IMG/VR virus record: IMGVR_UViG_3300037502_002993
Coordinates: 62,001-126,000 of that record
DNA: 64,000 nucleotides
Reading direction: 5' to 3' (one strand)
In this document: in pieces, positions 19,215-28,890 of the stretch
Layout: the number at the start of each line of letters is the position of its first letter
How positions within the stretch are numbered: the stretch's first letter is position 1
Notes under the pieces: model-generated
What the model was told of the DNA's origin: nothing
The model's input: the letters and a program-made list of their open reading frames with translations, nothing else
Database searches by the model: none
Made by a program: the position numbers and the translations under genes

Positions 19215-19342
19215 TTGACACTCCACTCCCTAAAGGAAGTGGATTCTTGCTTCATTGAACTGACTTACCTTCGGTAAGGAAGGCAGAGGTCCTGTTCTCC
19301 ACAAGCGTTTTACGAGTCCGTATACCCTACGGCCTCTGCTGA
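19215..19342 (-). ncRNA. Stand-alone TnpB omegaRNA scaffold copy A; guide from 19214 downward (TGAACTAACCCCCCGCCGAT)
   Basis: Near-identical to the scaffold at the tnpB 3' end (30550-30677). Ends in a hairpin plus GTGTCAA. No nuclease gene is adjacent. Confidence 0.75.
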
Positions 19343-19350
19343 CTCATAGC

Positions 19351-19578
19351 TCAAGCTACATCTAAGCGGTATAACAATTCAGTAGAGCGACGTTGCATTA
19401 CCGGAAGTGCTTTGACCTCATCAAGGTTACGTCCGGTAGAGAGGTCCAGTGCATAGGCATCGATATCAAAGTCATCTTCAGAGGGAAGTGACAACACGAT
19501 GGGGTCATCCTCGATCTCAGATGCCAGACTGCTCCAGAACCCCGTACCATTTACCTGTGTGAGTATGTTATCTACCAT
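19351..19578 (-). CDS. Small acidic hypothetical protein
   Basis: 75-aa ORF with GGAG RBS. Confidence 0.45.
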   Translation of the reverse strand: MVDNILTQVNGTGFWSSLASEIEDDPIVLSLPSEDDFDIDAYALDLSTGRNLDEVKALPVMQRRSTELLYRLDVA

Positions 19579-19823
19579 TTTTATTGGCTCCTCAGCCCTT
19601 CAGTTGTTGCGTTATTGTGGGGTTCATTCCCCATCGGATTGTGTAAGATTACGTCATGCTATGCATGGGTGGGAACATTTCCACCAATGAGGGGGTGATC
19701 CAGCTGCTAACGCTGTCCTTAAGCGTCTGCTCCTACCGTGATGGTAGTCGAGGCCTTACGTCTACCTGTGCGCCATGCATGACCCGCCCCACCTCCGGGT
19801 GGGGCGTTATGCCGTGAGTTTAT

Positions 19824-20552
19824 CTAAGTGCACTTCTTAACATGGGCACGCAGCGTCATTAAGTCGATCTGTAGTCGCAGGGTCCGTCTCGGATTGAAAC
19901 GATACAACAATAGGTAATCAGCCCGATAAGGCGTCAAGGAGAACTGCTGGAGATTCCATTCACGGGTGGCCAGCATGGCGCTTAAAGGGGACAATAATAC
20001 GTTCGTGAAGGCGTTAAGGTTCCTACGGAAGGTATCCTCCACGTCATGGGTGGCGTAAAGCAGCATGGTAAGTTGTTGAACGTCTAACACTGACTGCTTT
20101 GATAAGTACAGTTCCGAGAGTTTCGGGTAGTCGTCTCGCACGGTTGACGTGAGCACAAAGAAGGGACTGTCCCCATCGCTCAGTTCCCATGTTTGTTGAA
20201 TGGCACTTTTCTTGGGATTCGTGGACAGGGCGGAGTGGGTTTTCCCTTCACGTAACGCGGAAGGACAAAACGGGTCGATGAGAGTTTCTGCTAATTGATC
20301 CACATAGATCGGAATGTCCACTACCCCTTCGTACACCACCTTGGCGGCATTGAGCTTGCGCTCACACTCCTCAATAGTCATGGCGGGGGTGAAGGTGGTC
20401 CGTACCACTTCGAGTTTGGCCTCAACCAACAAGCGCCGTTTATGAAGGGTATCGGTCCAGAGTTCACGCTCATCCCCAAACCGCCGTCCGATGGCGACCT
20501 CGTCATCCACGACTAACCGCCGTTTGAAATCAACAAAGGACGGCTTTTTCAC
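19824..20552 (-). CDS. Hypothetical protein
   Basis: 242-aa ORF with GGAGG RBS. Confidence 0.6.
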   Translation of the reverse strand: MKKPSFVDFKRRLVVDDEVAIGRRFGDERELWTDTLHKRRLLVEAKLEVVRTTFTPAMTIEECERKLNAAKVVYEGVVDIPIYVDQLAETLIDPFCPSALREGKTHSALSTNPKKSAIQQTWELSDGDSPFFVLTSTVRDDYPKLSELYLSKQSVLDVQQLTMLLYATHDVEDTFRRNLNAFTNVLLSPLSAMLATREWNLQQFSLTPYRADYLLLYRFNPRRTLRLQIDLMTLRAHVKKCT

Positions 20553-20553
20553 A

Positions 20554-21210
20554 CTACCTCCCTGAGACTAACTCTCGGTGTTTGAGAAACCCATCCAGGT
20601 GAAATAAGAATCCCAGTTCATACGGAAGGTTGGAACACCCGAACGCCACCATGATCTTATCGCCCGTTCTGGTGAACTGCCGCACGGGAAATTGATCAAG
20701 GCAGGAGAACGGATGTTGGAGGAAGGCTTGGATTATTACGTCAAACCAACCCTCGCTAGATGGCACGGTTAGTATCCCCTCGTGTAGATATCGCACGAAG
20801 GGGAAGTGCATGTCAGGTTGTTCGCGTTCGATCTCGTAGACTTGGACTACGTTATTTTGTCGATCGGTATCGGACACCAAGCTGTACAGGGCCGCAGTCT
20901 CAAGCCCTGCCCACTTGACCTCACCGCCAATCCGAACGACTAAGTCTTTGGAGAGCGGCAATGGGATCAGCTGCTCACACGCAACCTTGGCGCTCTCGAA
21001 CCCGAAATGCAGAAGGGAGAAGAGTTCATCTAGCTCGTCGATGTGTTGTTGGATGTTAGCTTCGGGCAGTCCTGCATCTTCCATCCCCTTCCGTAAGCCT
21101 CCTTCAAAACTCTCTCGGTACTCCCCACCGAGGGATGTGGCATAGCTCTGCACGACAGGTAGTGGTATTGCTGAGATAAGTTCCGACTGATCCATTAGGA
21201 TTCTCTCCAC
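20554..21210 (-). CDS. Hypothetical protein
   Basis: 218-aa ORF downstream of the promoter-like motif at 21241-21259. Confidence 0.6.
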   Translation of the reverse strand: MERILMDQSELISAIPLPVVQSYATSLGGEYRESFEGGLRKGMEDAGLPEANIQQHIDELDELFSLLHFGFESAKVACEQLIPLPLSKDLVVRIGGEVKWAGLETAALYSLVSDTDRQNNVVQVYEIEREQPDMHFPFVRYLHEGILTVPSSEGWFDVIIQAFLQHPFSCLDQFPVRQFTRTGDKIMVAFGCSNLPYELGFLFHLDGFLKHRELVSGR

Positions 21211-21333
21211 GGGTAGGTTGATTTACCATAACAGCCTAAACATGATCTAGGTGTGAGAAATGTTCGAACCCCAAAAAAAGAACCCCCCGAAGGGGGCAGG
21301 TCCCATACCGAGACCCAAGGGGCACACAGGAGA

Positions 21334-21912
21334 CTACAACCGGCGTGAGGCTTTTAACTCTCCAGGAACATCCACCCCCCGGACCTCAAAAGGGCGTGGA
21401 GAGATATGTATGTTGCCTTGGATGTCAGAATTTACCATCAGATAGTGGTAGATGCAGTAAGCGGCGCGATGCCGACTCTCATCACTGACATTGAAGGGAG
21501 TCAACAGACGCGTCATCGTTTGCCGGGTGATGTTGCGACCATCCACTTCCCACTCTTTGAGTTCGTGGAGTAGGAAGGTGGCGAGAACAGACCCCTCCAG
21601 GTGAACGCTCCAGTCCTTCGGCTCATGGGGGCCATTGGAGTTCTTGATGATGAGATAACCCACATCGGACAGGAAGCGTTTAAACAAGTAGGTGTGGCGG
21701 CGGTAGATATGGTCAAGTCCCTCAACTCCCAGGGCATGGATGACCGCGCCCATTCCGAATCGCAGTCGCTTCACCTCCAGCAACTCCACGGACTCTTCTT
21801 CCTTACCCAGTAACACCATGATGTCCAACAGTGGTGCGGGGACGTCTTTGGTGGTCATCCGTATGACGTTGTAAAGTGAGCGTTCAATGAAGGGCATGGG
21901 ACTACTCCACAT
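21334..21912 (-). CDS. Hypothetical protein
   Basis: 192-aa ORF followed by a hairpin and U-tract terminator. Confidence 0.55.
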   Translation of the reverse strand: MWSSPMPFIERSLYNVIRMTTKDVPAPLLDIMVLLGKEEESVELLEVKRLRFGMGAVIHALGVEGLDHIYRRHTYLFKRFLSDVGYLIIKNSNGPHEPKDWSVHLEGSVLATFLLHELKEWEVDGRNITRQTMTRLLTPFNVSDESRHRAAYCIYHYLMVNSDIQGNIHISPRPFEVRGVDVPGELKASRRL

Positions 21913-22168
21913 TGGACAGGTTGGTCATCAGGGCGATGGCGTAGACACCCCCTGACATTAACAGCGCCAGTGGGGTGGCGTACCAGTCCAGTTGCTGGGA
22001 AAGCAGGGCCGCAAGGCCCCATCCCACCAGACCCGCGCCCACGGCATAAACACCGCGCGGAAGCCCGGTGGCGTGGTAGTGCTGGGCAGCCAGAGCAAGC
22101 ACTGGCCTCAGGGCAAAATGAAGGAGGACGATAACAGCGATGAAGACAGCAAGATCGATGAGAGACAT
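21902..22168 (-). CDS. Small membrane protein
   Basis: 88 aa with about 3 hydrophobic segments; RBS present. Confidence 0.55.
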   Translation of the reverse strand: MSLIDLAVFIAVIVLLHFALRPVLALAAQHYHATGLPRGVYAVGAGLVGWGLAALLSQQLDWYATPLALLMSGGVYAIALMTNLSNVE

Positions 22169-22202
22169 TAGTCTTTCCTCTTTTTGATTTTTATGAAGCG
22201 AC

Positions 22203-22415
22203 TTACACAGTGGGGTAGGGGGCAGTCCCCACCCAGATGACGATGGTCAGAGTGATCACCGCAACCGTCACGATCGGAGTAATCAGAAGGTGGTGGAACT
22301 GCAGGGGGTTCATAAGACCGATAGCGTGAGTCAGACACTCCCCGATCACCCAGCCGGTGAAGGCGGCGAGAGTCAGTATCACAGCGGTGGTTAAGAGATA
22401 AGTGGTAGTGTTCAT
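22203..22415 (-). CDS. Small membrane protein
   Basis: 70 aa with two hydrophobic segments; first gene after the promoter-like motif at 22442-22460. Confidence 0.55.
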   Translation of the reverse strand: MNTTTYLLTTAVILTLAAFTGWVIGECLTHAIGLMNPLQFHHLLITPIVTVAVITLTIVIWVGTAPYPTV

Positions 22416-22717
22416 GTCCGTATCCTCAGTGGATTCACCTCAAGGATATAGATGTCAAATTCGATAGAATCCGTAAATCAACCTATAAGGCACTCTAAGA
22501 GGCGCTAGGGGTCACCCACCCTACCCCACAGGGGCAATCGGTAAAACGCCCTACAGGGCCTTGTAAGCGCTTTTAGCGGCATAAATGCAACCACCCCCTT
22601 AAGGGTGGTCAAAGGTGCGGTTCTTAGGAGTAGACGTGAACGTGTTTAGGTTCCATCAAGTTAAAGGGCATGTGATTTTATAGTTCCTACATACCCCACC
22701 ACCCAATAGGCCCCTTC

Positions 22718-23092
22718 ATGCTTAATCAACTTACCGCTGCAATTGATCACTACACCCAGGCATTAAAAACCTACGTACAGAGCCGTACAGGTGCGGTCGC
22801 TGTGGCAGAGACCGCCGTCATTGCGGCTAACACCGCACATAGCTATAACCTCGCAACACTACTAGGAGTTAATCATGCGCAGTACGATAAGCTCTCTTCT
22901 GTCATCGTGGTCAAGGTCCTCGACACCGATGCCAACTCCCCCACCAGTGGACTTTACATCAACTCAGAAGCCGTGATCACCACCGGGGTTGATGCAGAGG
23001 GTGTTGTCGTGATCCATAACCACCACACAGCAGCCGTAACCTGTTACATCCGGATTGATGTGCCGCTGGTGGCTGCTAATCCGATCGGATAG
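22718..23092 (+). CDS. Probable virion structural protein
   Basis: 124-aa ORF heading a plus-strand three-gene unit. Confidence 0.55.
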   Translation: MLNQLTAAIDHYTQALKTYVQSRTGAVAVAETAVIAANTAHSYNLATLLGVNHAQYDKLSSVIVVKVLDTDANSPTSGLYINSEAVITTGVDAEGVVVIHNHHTAAVTCYIRIDVPLVAANPIG

Positions 23093-23101
23093 GAGTAAGT
23101 C

Positions 23102-24886
23102 ATGTCAGTCATCACTCCAGACATTCGCCCGATGCACTATGTCGGAGCCCGTACGGTGAACTGGTCGGTTGACCCGGACGCTTTCGGAGTAGCGGTTACG
23201 GTAAACGACCTGGCCCCTGCGATCTCTGAGTATATCGCCTATGACACCTTGAACCCACCTAACCCGTTCCTTGCTGTCACTCAAGACGGGAATGGTAATG
23301 TGGTCTATGATGGCGGCTTTCCTAAGTTTTACAACAGCCGAGGACCAGATGCTTTAGATACCCAGTTTTCTCAACTGAATGCCAGTTTTAAGTTTCTCTA
23401 TAATGCGATTAATTTCTGCGCTAACCCGATCAAGGTGGCGGAAGGTAACCGCAAGGTTCTCCTAGTGGGCGATCAGCTGAGTGGCAATCCCTATTCTGTC
23501 AAGGACACCGCTGCCAGTAGTTTCCGCACCAGCTTCACGCGCTTATGCAATATCGCCAACTTTGAGCTAACCATCAAAGACCGCAGTGATTGGGGCGGGG
23601 CCATTAACTTTAACTTCACTGAGTTAGATCAATACTGCTGCGTGATTGTGATGGGCAGTGACTTCACTGAAAATCCCAACCACATCACCAATCAAGCCGT
23701 ACAGGACATAGTTACGTATCGCAGTTTGGGTAACGGCATCATCTTGATTACGGATCACGGACCTAACCTTCTTAACATTACCCAGGCGCAGCAGTCACAC
23801 AGCGGCTTCTTCACCATCTGTAACCGCATTGCGGTGAACTTCGGAGCCTATTTCACTGGTGATGTCAATCGTTCCCCAGTCAATGTGGGGTTCTTGCGGT
23901 CAACCTACGGGAATCACCCGCTATATAACGGAATGGCAGATAGTGAGGATATCTTTGCTGGCGGGTCAGAAAGCATCGTCGTAGTGACCGAAACTCCGGT
24001 ATTCGCACCAGAAACCCTTCCTGCGTCCCCTATGATAGACCCAGGGCGTTACACCTTTAACTTTCTGGTGGTCTATGATGACCGGTCTCTTGCAACCGTA
24101 AGCTTTACCTACACGATCATCGAAGGCGAGTTTGTTTTCCTTAAAGACGCCAGTGGTGATGTCAGGACCAATTACCAACTCAGTACGTTTCGCGATATGG
24201 CGGACTTCACCTTAGAGAACACCGACGCCTCCATGGGCACTCTGGTGGGGGATGTACTACGCAATGACCGTAAGGTGGGGGAGTTCGTTCATAGTCAAAG
24301 CGGAACGGTGTTTCAATGGTTTTCAGGTGGTGACGCTTCTTTCCCAATGGAGGAGGGGGATCGTATCGGTTTAGAAGTTCGTCAACCCTTTGGGTACTAC
24401 GTGGAGACAACGGTGGTGAAGCAGCAAGTAATCCCTTTCCCCACCAAGAACCTCGCGGCCATGATGGCAAGCCTCAATCAGGGTGATCTCTCAGGGCTAT
24501 CTCCTGAAGCGGCGTTTGACCACCTGGCACAATACAGTCATCGGATCTATTTCCCAGACCAAACCCGTCAGGTAAGAAAGTATGCTCAGGACGCCCAACA
24601 CATCGTCCATGCATTAACCAACCCTCAGGCCCTACCGCCGGTGGAGCGCTATATCTACGCCACCACTCAAGCGTTAACGGCAGATCTCCCCACAGTCCCG
24701 AGTGGAGCGATGGTGGTGATTGATGCCCAAACAGGCAACGTGTATACCCGACAAGACAGCACTTGGGCCATTGATAACGGGCTTCAAGCACAAGACTTTC
24801 TTGGTGCTCCCCGGGTGATTATTCACCCCATCTCTAGGGTAACATTCACCCTTCACGAAAACGGCACCTTTACGCACCAGGACTGA
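23102..24886 (+). CDS. Probable virion/tail-associated protein
   Basis: 594 aa with AGGAG RBS. The VVYDGGFPKFYN motif resembles phiKZ-like virion proteins. Confidence 0.55.
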   Translation: MSVITPDIRPMHYVGARTVNWSVDPDAFGVAVTVNDLAPAISEYIAYDTLNPPNPFLAVTQDGNGNVVYDGGFPKFYNSRGPDALDTQFSQLNASFKFLYNAINFCANPIKVAEGNRKVLLVGDQLSGNPYSVKDTAASSFRTSFTRLCNIANFELTIKDRSDWGGAINFNFTELDQYCCVIVMGSDFTENPNHITNQAVQDIVTYRSLGNGIILITDHGPNLLNITQAQQSHSGFFTICNRIAVNFGAYFTGDVNRSPVNVGFLRSTYGNHPLYNGMADSEDIFAGGSESIVVVTETPVFAPETLPASPMIDPGRYTFNFLVVYDDRSLATVSFTYTIIEGEFVFLKDASGDVRTNYQLSTFRDMADFTLENTDASMGTLVGDVLRNDRKVGEFVHSQSGTVFQWFSGGDASFPMEEGDRIGLEVRQPFGYYVETTVVKQQVIPFPTKNLAAMMASLNQGDLSGLSPEAAFDHLAQYSHRIYFPDQTRQVRKYAQDAQHIVHALTNPQALPPVERYIYATTQALTADLPTVPSGAMVVIDAQTGNVYTRQDSTWAIDNGLQAQDFLGAPRVIIHPISRVTFTLHENGTFTHQD

Positions 24887-24892
24887 TACCGC

Positions 24893-26959
24893 ATGATTAG
24901 TTCATTCAGAAGTATTCTCGGGGCGATTCACATCACTCAGAAGGGTAAGGTTATTCGGATCTCGGGGCTGTCTGCCCGAGGCTTTACTCGCGGCATAGCC
25001 AGTCTTTGGAAAACCAACCGCATCGTTAAGCACATGTTTACGAGGGTGGGGGGTAGCTACGTGGAGTTTCCGCTCTTCTTTGCCCCCGATGTACTCTACA
25101 TGGTAGAGACAATGATTGACCAACGTCCTAGGGGGGTTAATGTCAGGGCACTGGCAAAGGTACGGAAGCTACTTCTTGCCGACACCTGGTTGTCCGATAC
25201 CCTCCTTGACCCCACCCCTATCCTTGATTTAAAGCAAATTGATCAACTGCACCTACGTCCTAAGGACTATCAGTTAGATTTCCTTAAGACGTACGATCAG
25301 AAAACACAACAGTATCATCTCGGTGGGTATCTTCTGGCAGGCAGTGCGGGTTCAGGTAAAACCGTCACATCCATGTGGCTGGGCGCCTATCTGAATGTCG
25401 ATACCGTACTTGTGATCTCTCCAAAAAATGCCGTGGAGCGCGTGTGGGAATCTGAGATCCTGTCAAAGCACAAGCAGAAGAAATCCTACTGGATCTATGC
25501 CCAAGGAAAGCCTTGGAACGACCCCCACTATGTGGTGCTGCATTATGAAGCCCTCACTCAAGCTGAGTGGTTATTGAGTAAGCTCAAGGACCGCAAACGG
25601 GTACTGGTGATACTCGACGAATGCCATAACCTCAATGACATCAAGTCACTGCGCACTCAACGTTACTTGGATCTCGTGACAAAGCTTCGGCAAACCACCG
25701 AACGGCTTGACGTCCTGCCAATGTCGGGAACACCGTTGAAAGCAATGGGGGCTGAACTCATTCCACTTCTAACGTCATTCGACCCCTACTTTGACCTTCA
25801 AGCCCAGGATCGTTTCAAACGCATCTACGGCAGCGATGGGAACCGAGCGTTAGACATTCTCAACCACCGCATGGGCAATGTATCTTACAAAGTGGCTAAA
25901 ACTCAACTGGGTCTGGCTGAGCCGGATTACCGTCAACTTAAGATCACCATTCCAAAAGGGGAACGGTATACCCTAAAAGCCATTGCGGAGGACATGCGGA
26001 CCTTTATTGATGAGCGGGCGGCCTACTACAAAACACGCAAGGATGACGATCACGCGTTCTACCGCCAGTGTTTAGAGTACGTAGAAGAAAGACTCACTGG
26101 ATCAAAACTCAAGGAGTTAGCCACCTATAAGCAGTACGTCAAACGGGTCATTGCTGCCCGGGGGGACTCTCGCCAGGTAGGTGATGAGGTGGTGTGGTGC
26201 AACCATTTTGAGAAGACCGTTATCATTCCTCTTCTCCCAAAAGAGTGGCAGGCCCCCTTCAGGGAGGTGAAGTCCATTGTCAAATACCTGAACTTAAAAA
26301 TTCAAGGTGAGGCATTGGGTAGAATCCTTGGGCGCAAACGTACGGAATGTCATGTGGAGATGTGTCGAGCCATTGACTACGAGGCCATTTGCAGTGAAAC
26401 AACGAAAAAGACAGTAGTGTTCACGTCGTTTGTTCCAGTCCTTGAAGAGGTAGAACAACTCCTTACAAAGTCAGAAGAGCTCAATCCCCTCAAGGTCTAC
26501 GGTAAGACCAATAATGAACTGGCCCGTATCATTCAGTCGTTTGACGACCAGGAGGACCTTAATCCCCTCATCGCCACCTATCAGTCGCTATCCACCGCGG
26601 TCCCACTGGTGATGGCGGACACCATGATCATGATCGATGCTCCTTTCCGTGCCTATATTCGTGAACAGGCCATTGCTCGTATCAACCGACTGGGGGCGGA
26701 TACCCAGGCGACCATTTGGGAATGTAGTCTAGACACGGGAGCAGAGCCTAACATCAGTACCCGTAGTGCCGATATCTTGGAATGGAGCCAGCAACAAGTT
26801 AATGCGATCATGGGGACCGATACGGAATTTAACGCCAGTATTGAAGACCATACAGCGGTGGTATCCCTGGAAAGCCATGATATTGAGGTGGTGAATGGGT
26901 CGTTTGAAACCTCCCCTTCTGTAAGGACAGACAACTTACCTAACTACGTGGTCTGGTAA
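24893..26959 (+). CDS. SF2 (DExH) helicase
   Basis: Walker A GSAGSGKT, DECH, SGT and motif VI QAIARINR. Confidence 0.85.
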   Translation: MISSFRSILGAIHITQKGKVIRISGLSARGFTRGIASLWKTNRIVKHMFTRVGGSYVEFPLFFAPDVLYMVETMIDQRPRGVNVRALAKVRKLLLADTWLSDTLLDPTPILDLKQIDQLHLRPKDYQLDFLKTYDQKTQQYHLGGYLLAGSAGSGKTVTSMWLGAYLNVDTVLVISPKNAVERVWESEILSKHKQKKSYWIYAQGKPWNDPHYVVLHYEALTQAEWLLSKLKDRKRVLVILDECHNLNDIKSLRTQRYLDLVTKLRQTTERLDVLPMSGTPLKAMGAELIPLLTSFDPYFDLQAQDRFKRIYGSDGNRALDILNHRMGNVSYKVAKTQLGLAEPDYRQLKITIPKGERYTLKAIAEDMRTFIDERAAYYKTRKDDDHAFYRQCLEYVEERLTGSKLKELATYKQYVKRVIAARGDSRQVGDEVVWCNHFEKTVIIPLLPKEWQAPFREVKSIVKYLNLKIQGEALGRILGRKRTECHVEMCRAIDYEAICSETTKKTVVFTSFVPVLEEVEQLLTKSEELNPLKVYGKTNNELARIIQSFDDQEDLNPLIATYQSLSTAVPLVMADTMIMIDAPFRAYIREQAIARINRLGADTQATIWECSLDTGAEPNISTRSADILEWSQQQVNAIMGTDTEFNASIEDHTAVVSLESHDIEVVNGSFETSPSVRTDNLPNYVVW

Positions 26960-26981
26960 ACAAAAAAGAAACGGCATAGCT

Positions 26982-27002
26982 GCCCTCCCGTAATGGGAGG
27001 GC
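26982..27002. terminator. Bidirectional terminator hairpin
   Basis: GCCCTCCC-gtaat-GGGAGGGC between convergent genes. Confidence 0.6.
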
Positions 27003-27039
27003 GTCTATGTCGCTGGTCTTACGATTAGCGAGGCCACGA

Positions 27040-27165
27040 TTAAGCGGCCTTCTTCTTCGGGATGATGTTATCCATCCACGAGGGCTTCTTGGCCTCCTCT
27101 TTGAGTACCCTGCGGGTGGACTCAGGAAGGGCTGCGAGTTGACGATCAAGCCAATCATTCTTCAT
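27040..27165 (-). CDS. Small protein (41 aa, MKNDWLDRQLAALPE...)
   Basis: AGGAG RBS and a promoter-like motif at 27205-27223. Below the ORF-track cutoff. Confidence 0.5.
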   Translation of the reverse strand: MKNDWLDRQLAALPESTRRVLKEEAKKPSWMDNIIPKKKAA

Positions 27166-27269
27166 GGTCATGCTCCTATGACATCATTGGGACTTATCAT
27201 GGGAGTCATATAGATCTTAAATCCACTGGAATGTGACTTAACTGCTGGCCACCGTATGTTTACTCCATG

Positions 27270-27731
27270 TCACGGATAGACTTGTACAAATCGATGGTTA
27301 CCGATCTGTACCATGGAGATGGGGTTGCGTCCCCAAGGCGGTGAGGACACACTCGGATTGAAAAAGTGATCGGCTCCTTCAGTGACGTCATCAATCCCTT
27401 CCTGAAAGGACCGCGCCACAAGAGCCAGGGTTTCATGGAAACTCTCAATGTCACCAGGTTCCGTTAACACGACGTCATCCAGACTTCTTCCAGCACTGAC
27501 ATGAGAAAACTGACCGGGTTGATGGAGTACCCCACAGAGATCATCGGGAAACCGGTAGAGCTCACTACGCGTGATAGCGACATTGGCCACGGCCTTTTTC
27601 CCAACCCAACGTTCCCCATTGGCTTCGAAATGGACGATCTCGGTTAAACACATGGCGTCCTTAAGATCAGCTGGCGCTACCTCACCCCCCAGGACAAAGA
27701 GGGCGAATGCGGCTGCCTTTACCACCGCCAT
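27270..27731 (-). CDS. Cell wall hydrolase, SleB/Hydrolase_2 family
   Basis: CLTEIVHFEANGE...AVANVAITR...FPDDLCGVLHQPGQFS...GNHRF, with an N-terminal signal-like segment. Confidence 0.85.
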   Translation of the reverse strand: MAVVKAAAFALFVLGGEVAPADLKDAMCLTEIVHFEANGERWVGKKAVANVAITRSELYRFPDDLCGVLHQPGQFSHVSAGRSLDDVVLTEPGDIESFHETLALVARSFQEGIDDVTEGADHFFNPSVSSPPWGRNPISMVQIGNHRFVQVYP

Positions 27732-28192
27732 GGTGCATCGTTCTCCAGTTGCAGAAAGCTATCACGGATGGCACGGGCATCTTCAAGTGCATTGTGTTTG
27801 ATCTTTGATGCCTTAGCAGAGAGGCGATCATCAATGATCAAATTTACTACGCGTCCGGTCTTCTCACCAAACCACTCACCAGGACCCGTCTCCATGACCT
27901 CAGCCAGGTATTTGTGATCAATGGGGTAGTCGGCAAACACCGAGATCCTCCCAAATTGGTCAAGAAATGCCGCCAGTTTCATTTTGAGATCATCCAGCGG
28001 AATGGCCTCTTTCCCCAAGATCGGCATGATGTTGTCTTTCACCCAAGGGTCCAGCTCGTCAGGGCACTCGGTGACCTCATAGAACTCATGTTTCCCACAA
28101 TCACTCACCAGGGCAATGGAAATCAACTTCCCCATCTGGCCGTTGAATTCAGAGTCGGTAAAGAGTACGACCGACGGTTTTTGATCAGACAT
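27719..28192 (-). CDS. DEDD-type 3'-5' exonuclease (Rv2179c-like)
   Basis: LFTDSEF, LISIALV and HNALEDA motifs. Confidence 0.75.
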   Translation of the reverse strand: MSDQKPSVVLFTDSEFNGQMGKLISIALVSDCGKHEFYEVTECPDELDPWVKDNIMPILGKEAIPLDDLKMKLAAFLDQFGRISVFADYPIDHKYLAEVMETGPGEWFGEKTGRVVNLIIDDRLSAKASKIKHNALEDARAIRDSFLQLENDAPWRW

Positions 28193-28271
28193 GGGCATTC
28201 CCTTTTGTCGAAAAAAGAAAGTCAAGCTGCTTCATCAGATAAGGGGGACGCGTGTCCCCCTGTTGACGGCG

Positions 28272-28865
28272 TTAAGGCTGGGAAGGGAGACCGCACAGGT
28301 CCGACGAGCGGTCTCGCCAGCACATGCGGTACAGCATCCCTTTGAGGCGTTCGGCTTGCCGCTTACGACTCCCCTCACTCCACCAGGCGTTATCATCATC
28401 CTCGACATAGATCGGTGGGTAGGTTTCTCCCAGTGGTCCAGTCCCCTCCTGGAAGGCCACAATGGCTTGGTCCTCCACTGTGGTGACGTAATACCCCCGA
28501 GGAAGGGAAACCACCTGCCCTTCCAGTAAGATGGTTCCCAGACCACCGTACTCCCCTCTGGGCTCGCTTGAGGCGATGTCACGACATACCCCATGCCGAC
28601 ACTCTAAGTGGGTGAATGATAACCAGTCCTGCGTGTAGACCACACCCTCCCCCTCCCGTTTTAACTGCACCTCAACGGCAAAGGGAAGGATGTGGGTTTC
28701 ACAGTCAATCATCTCTCCCACACTTTCACACAGAAGAACCTCGGGTACGTCCTCCCCGTACCAAGGAGGGGCCTTGGCAAACCACCAGTGGCTTTCTGCT
28801 GCATGAACATGCCCACTCACCCCAAGGGCAAGATAACCTACCACTATCCAGACGAAGCGGTTCAT
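28272..28865 (-). CDS. Hypothetical exported/membrane protein
   Basis: N-terminal signal peptide-like segment ending AHAA. Confidence 0.55.
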   Translation of the reverse strand: MNRFVWIVVGYLALGVSGHVHAAESHWWFAKAPPWYGEDVPEVLLCESVGEMIDCETHILPFAVEVQLKREGEGVVYTQDWLSFTHLECRHGVCRDIASSEPRGEYGGLGTILLEGQVVSLPRGYYVTTVEDQAIVAFQEGTGPLGETYPPIYVEDDDNAWWSEGSRKRQAERLKGMLYRMCWRDRSSDLCGLPSQP

Positions 28866-28890
28866 TTTTGATTTTTCTCAGTAAGTTAAG

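Noticed and set aside
19166-19255. N-terminal extension of ORF 18737-19255
   Set aside because: It lies in the scaffold, guide and terminator. A better RBS precedes ATG 19165.
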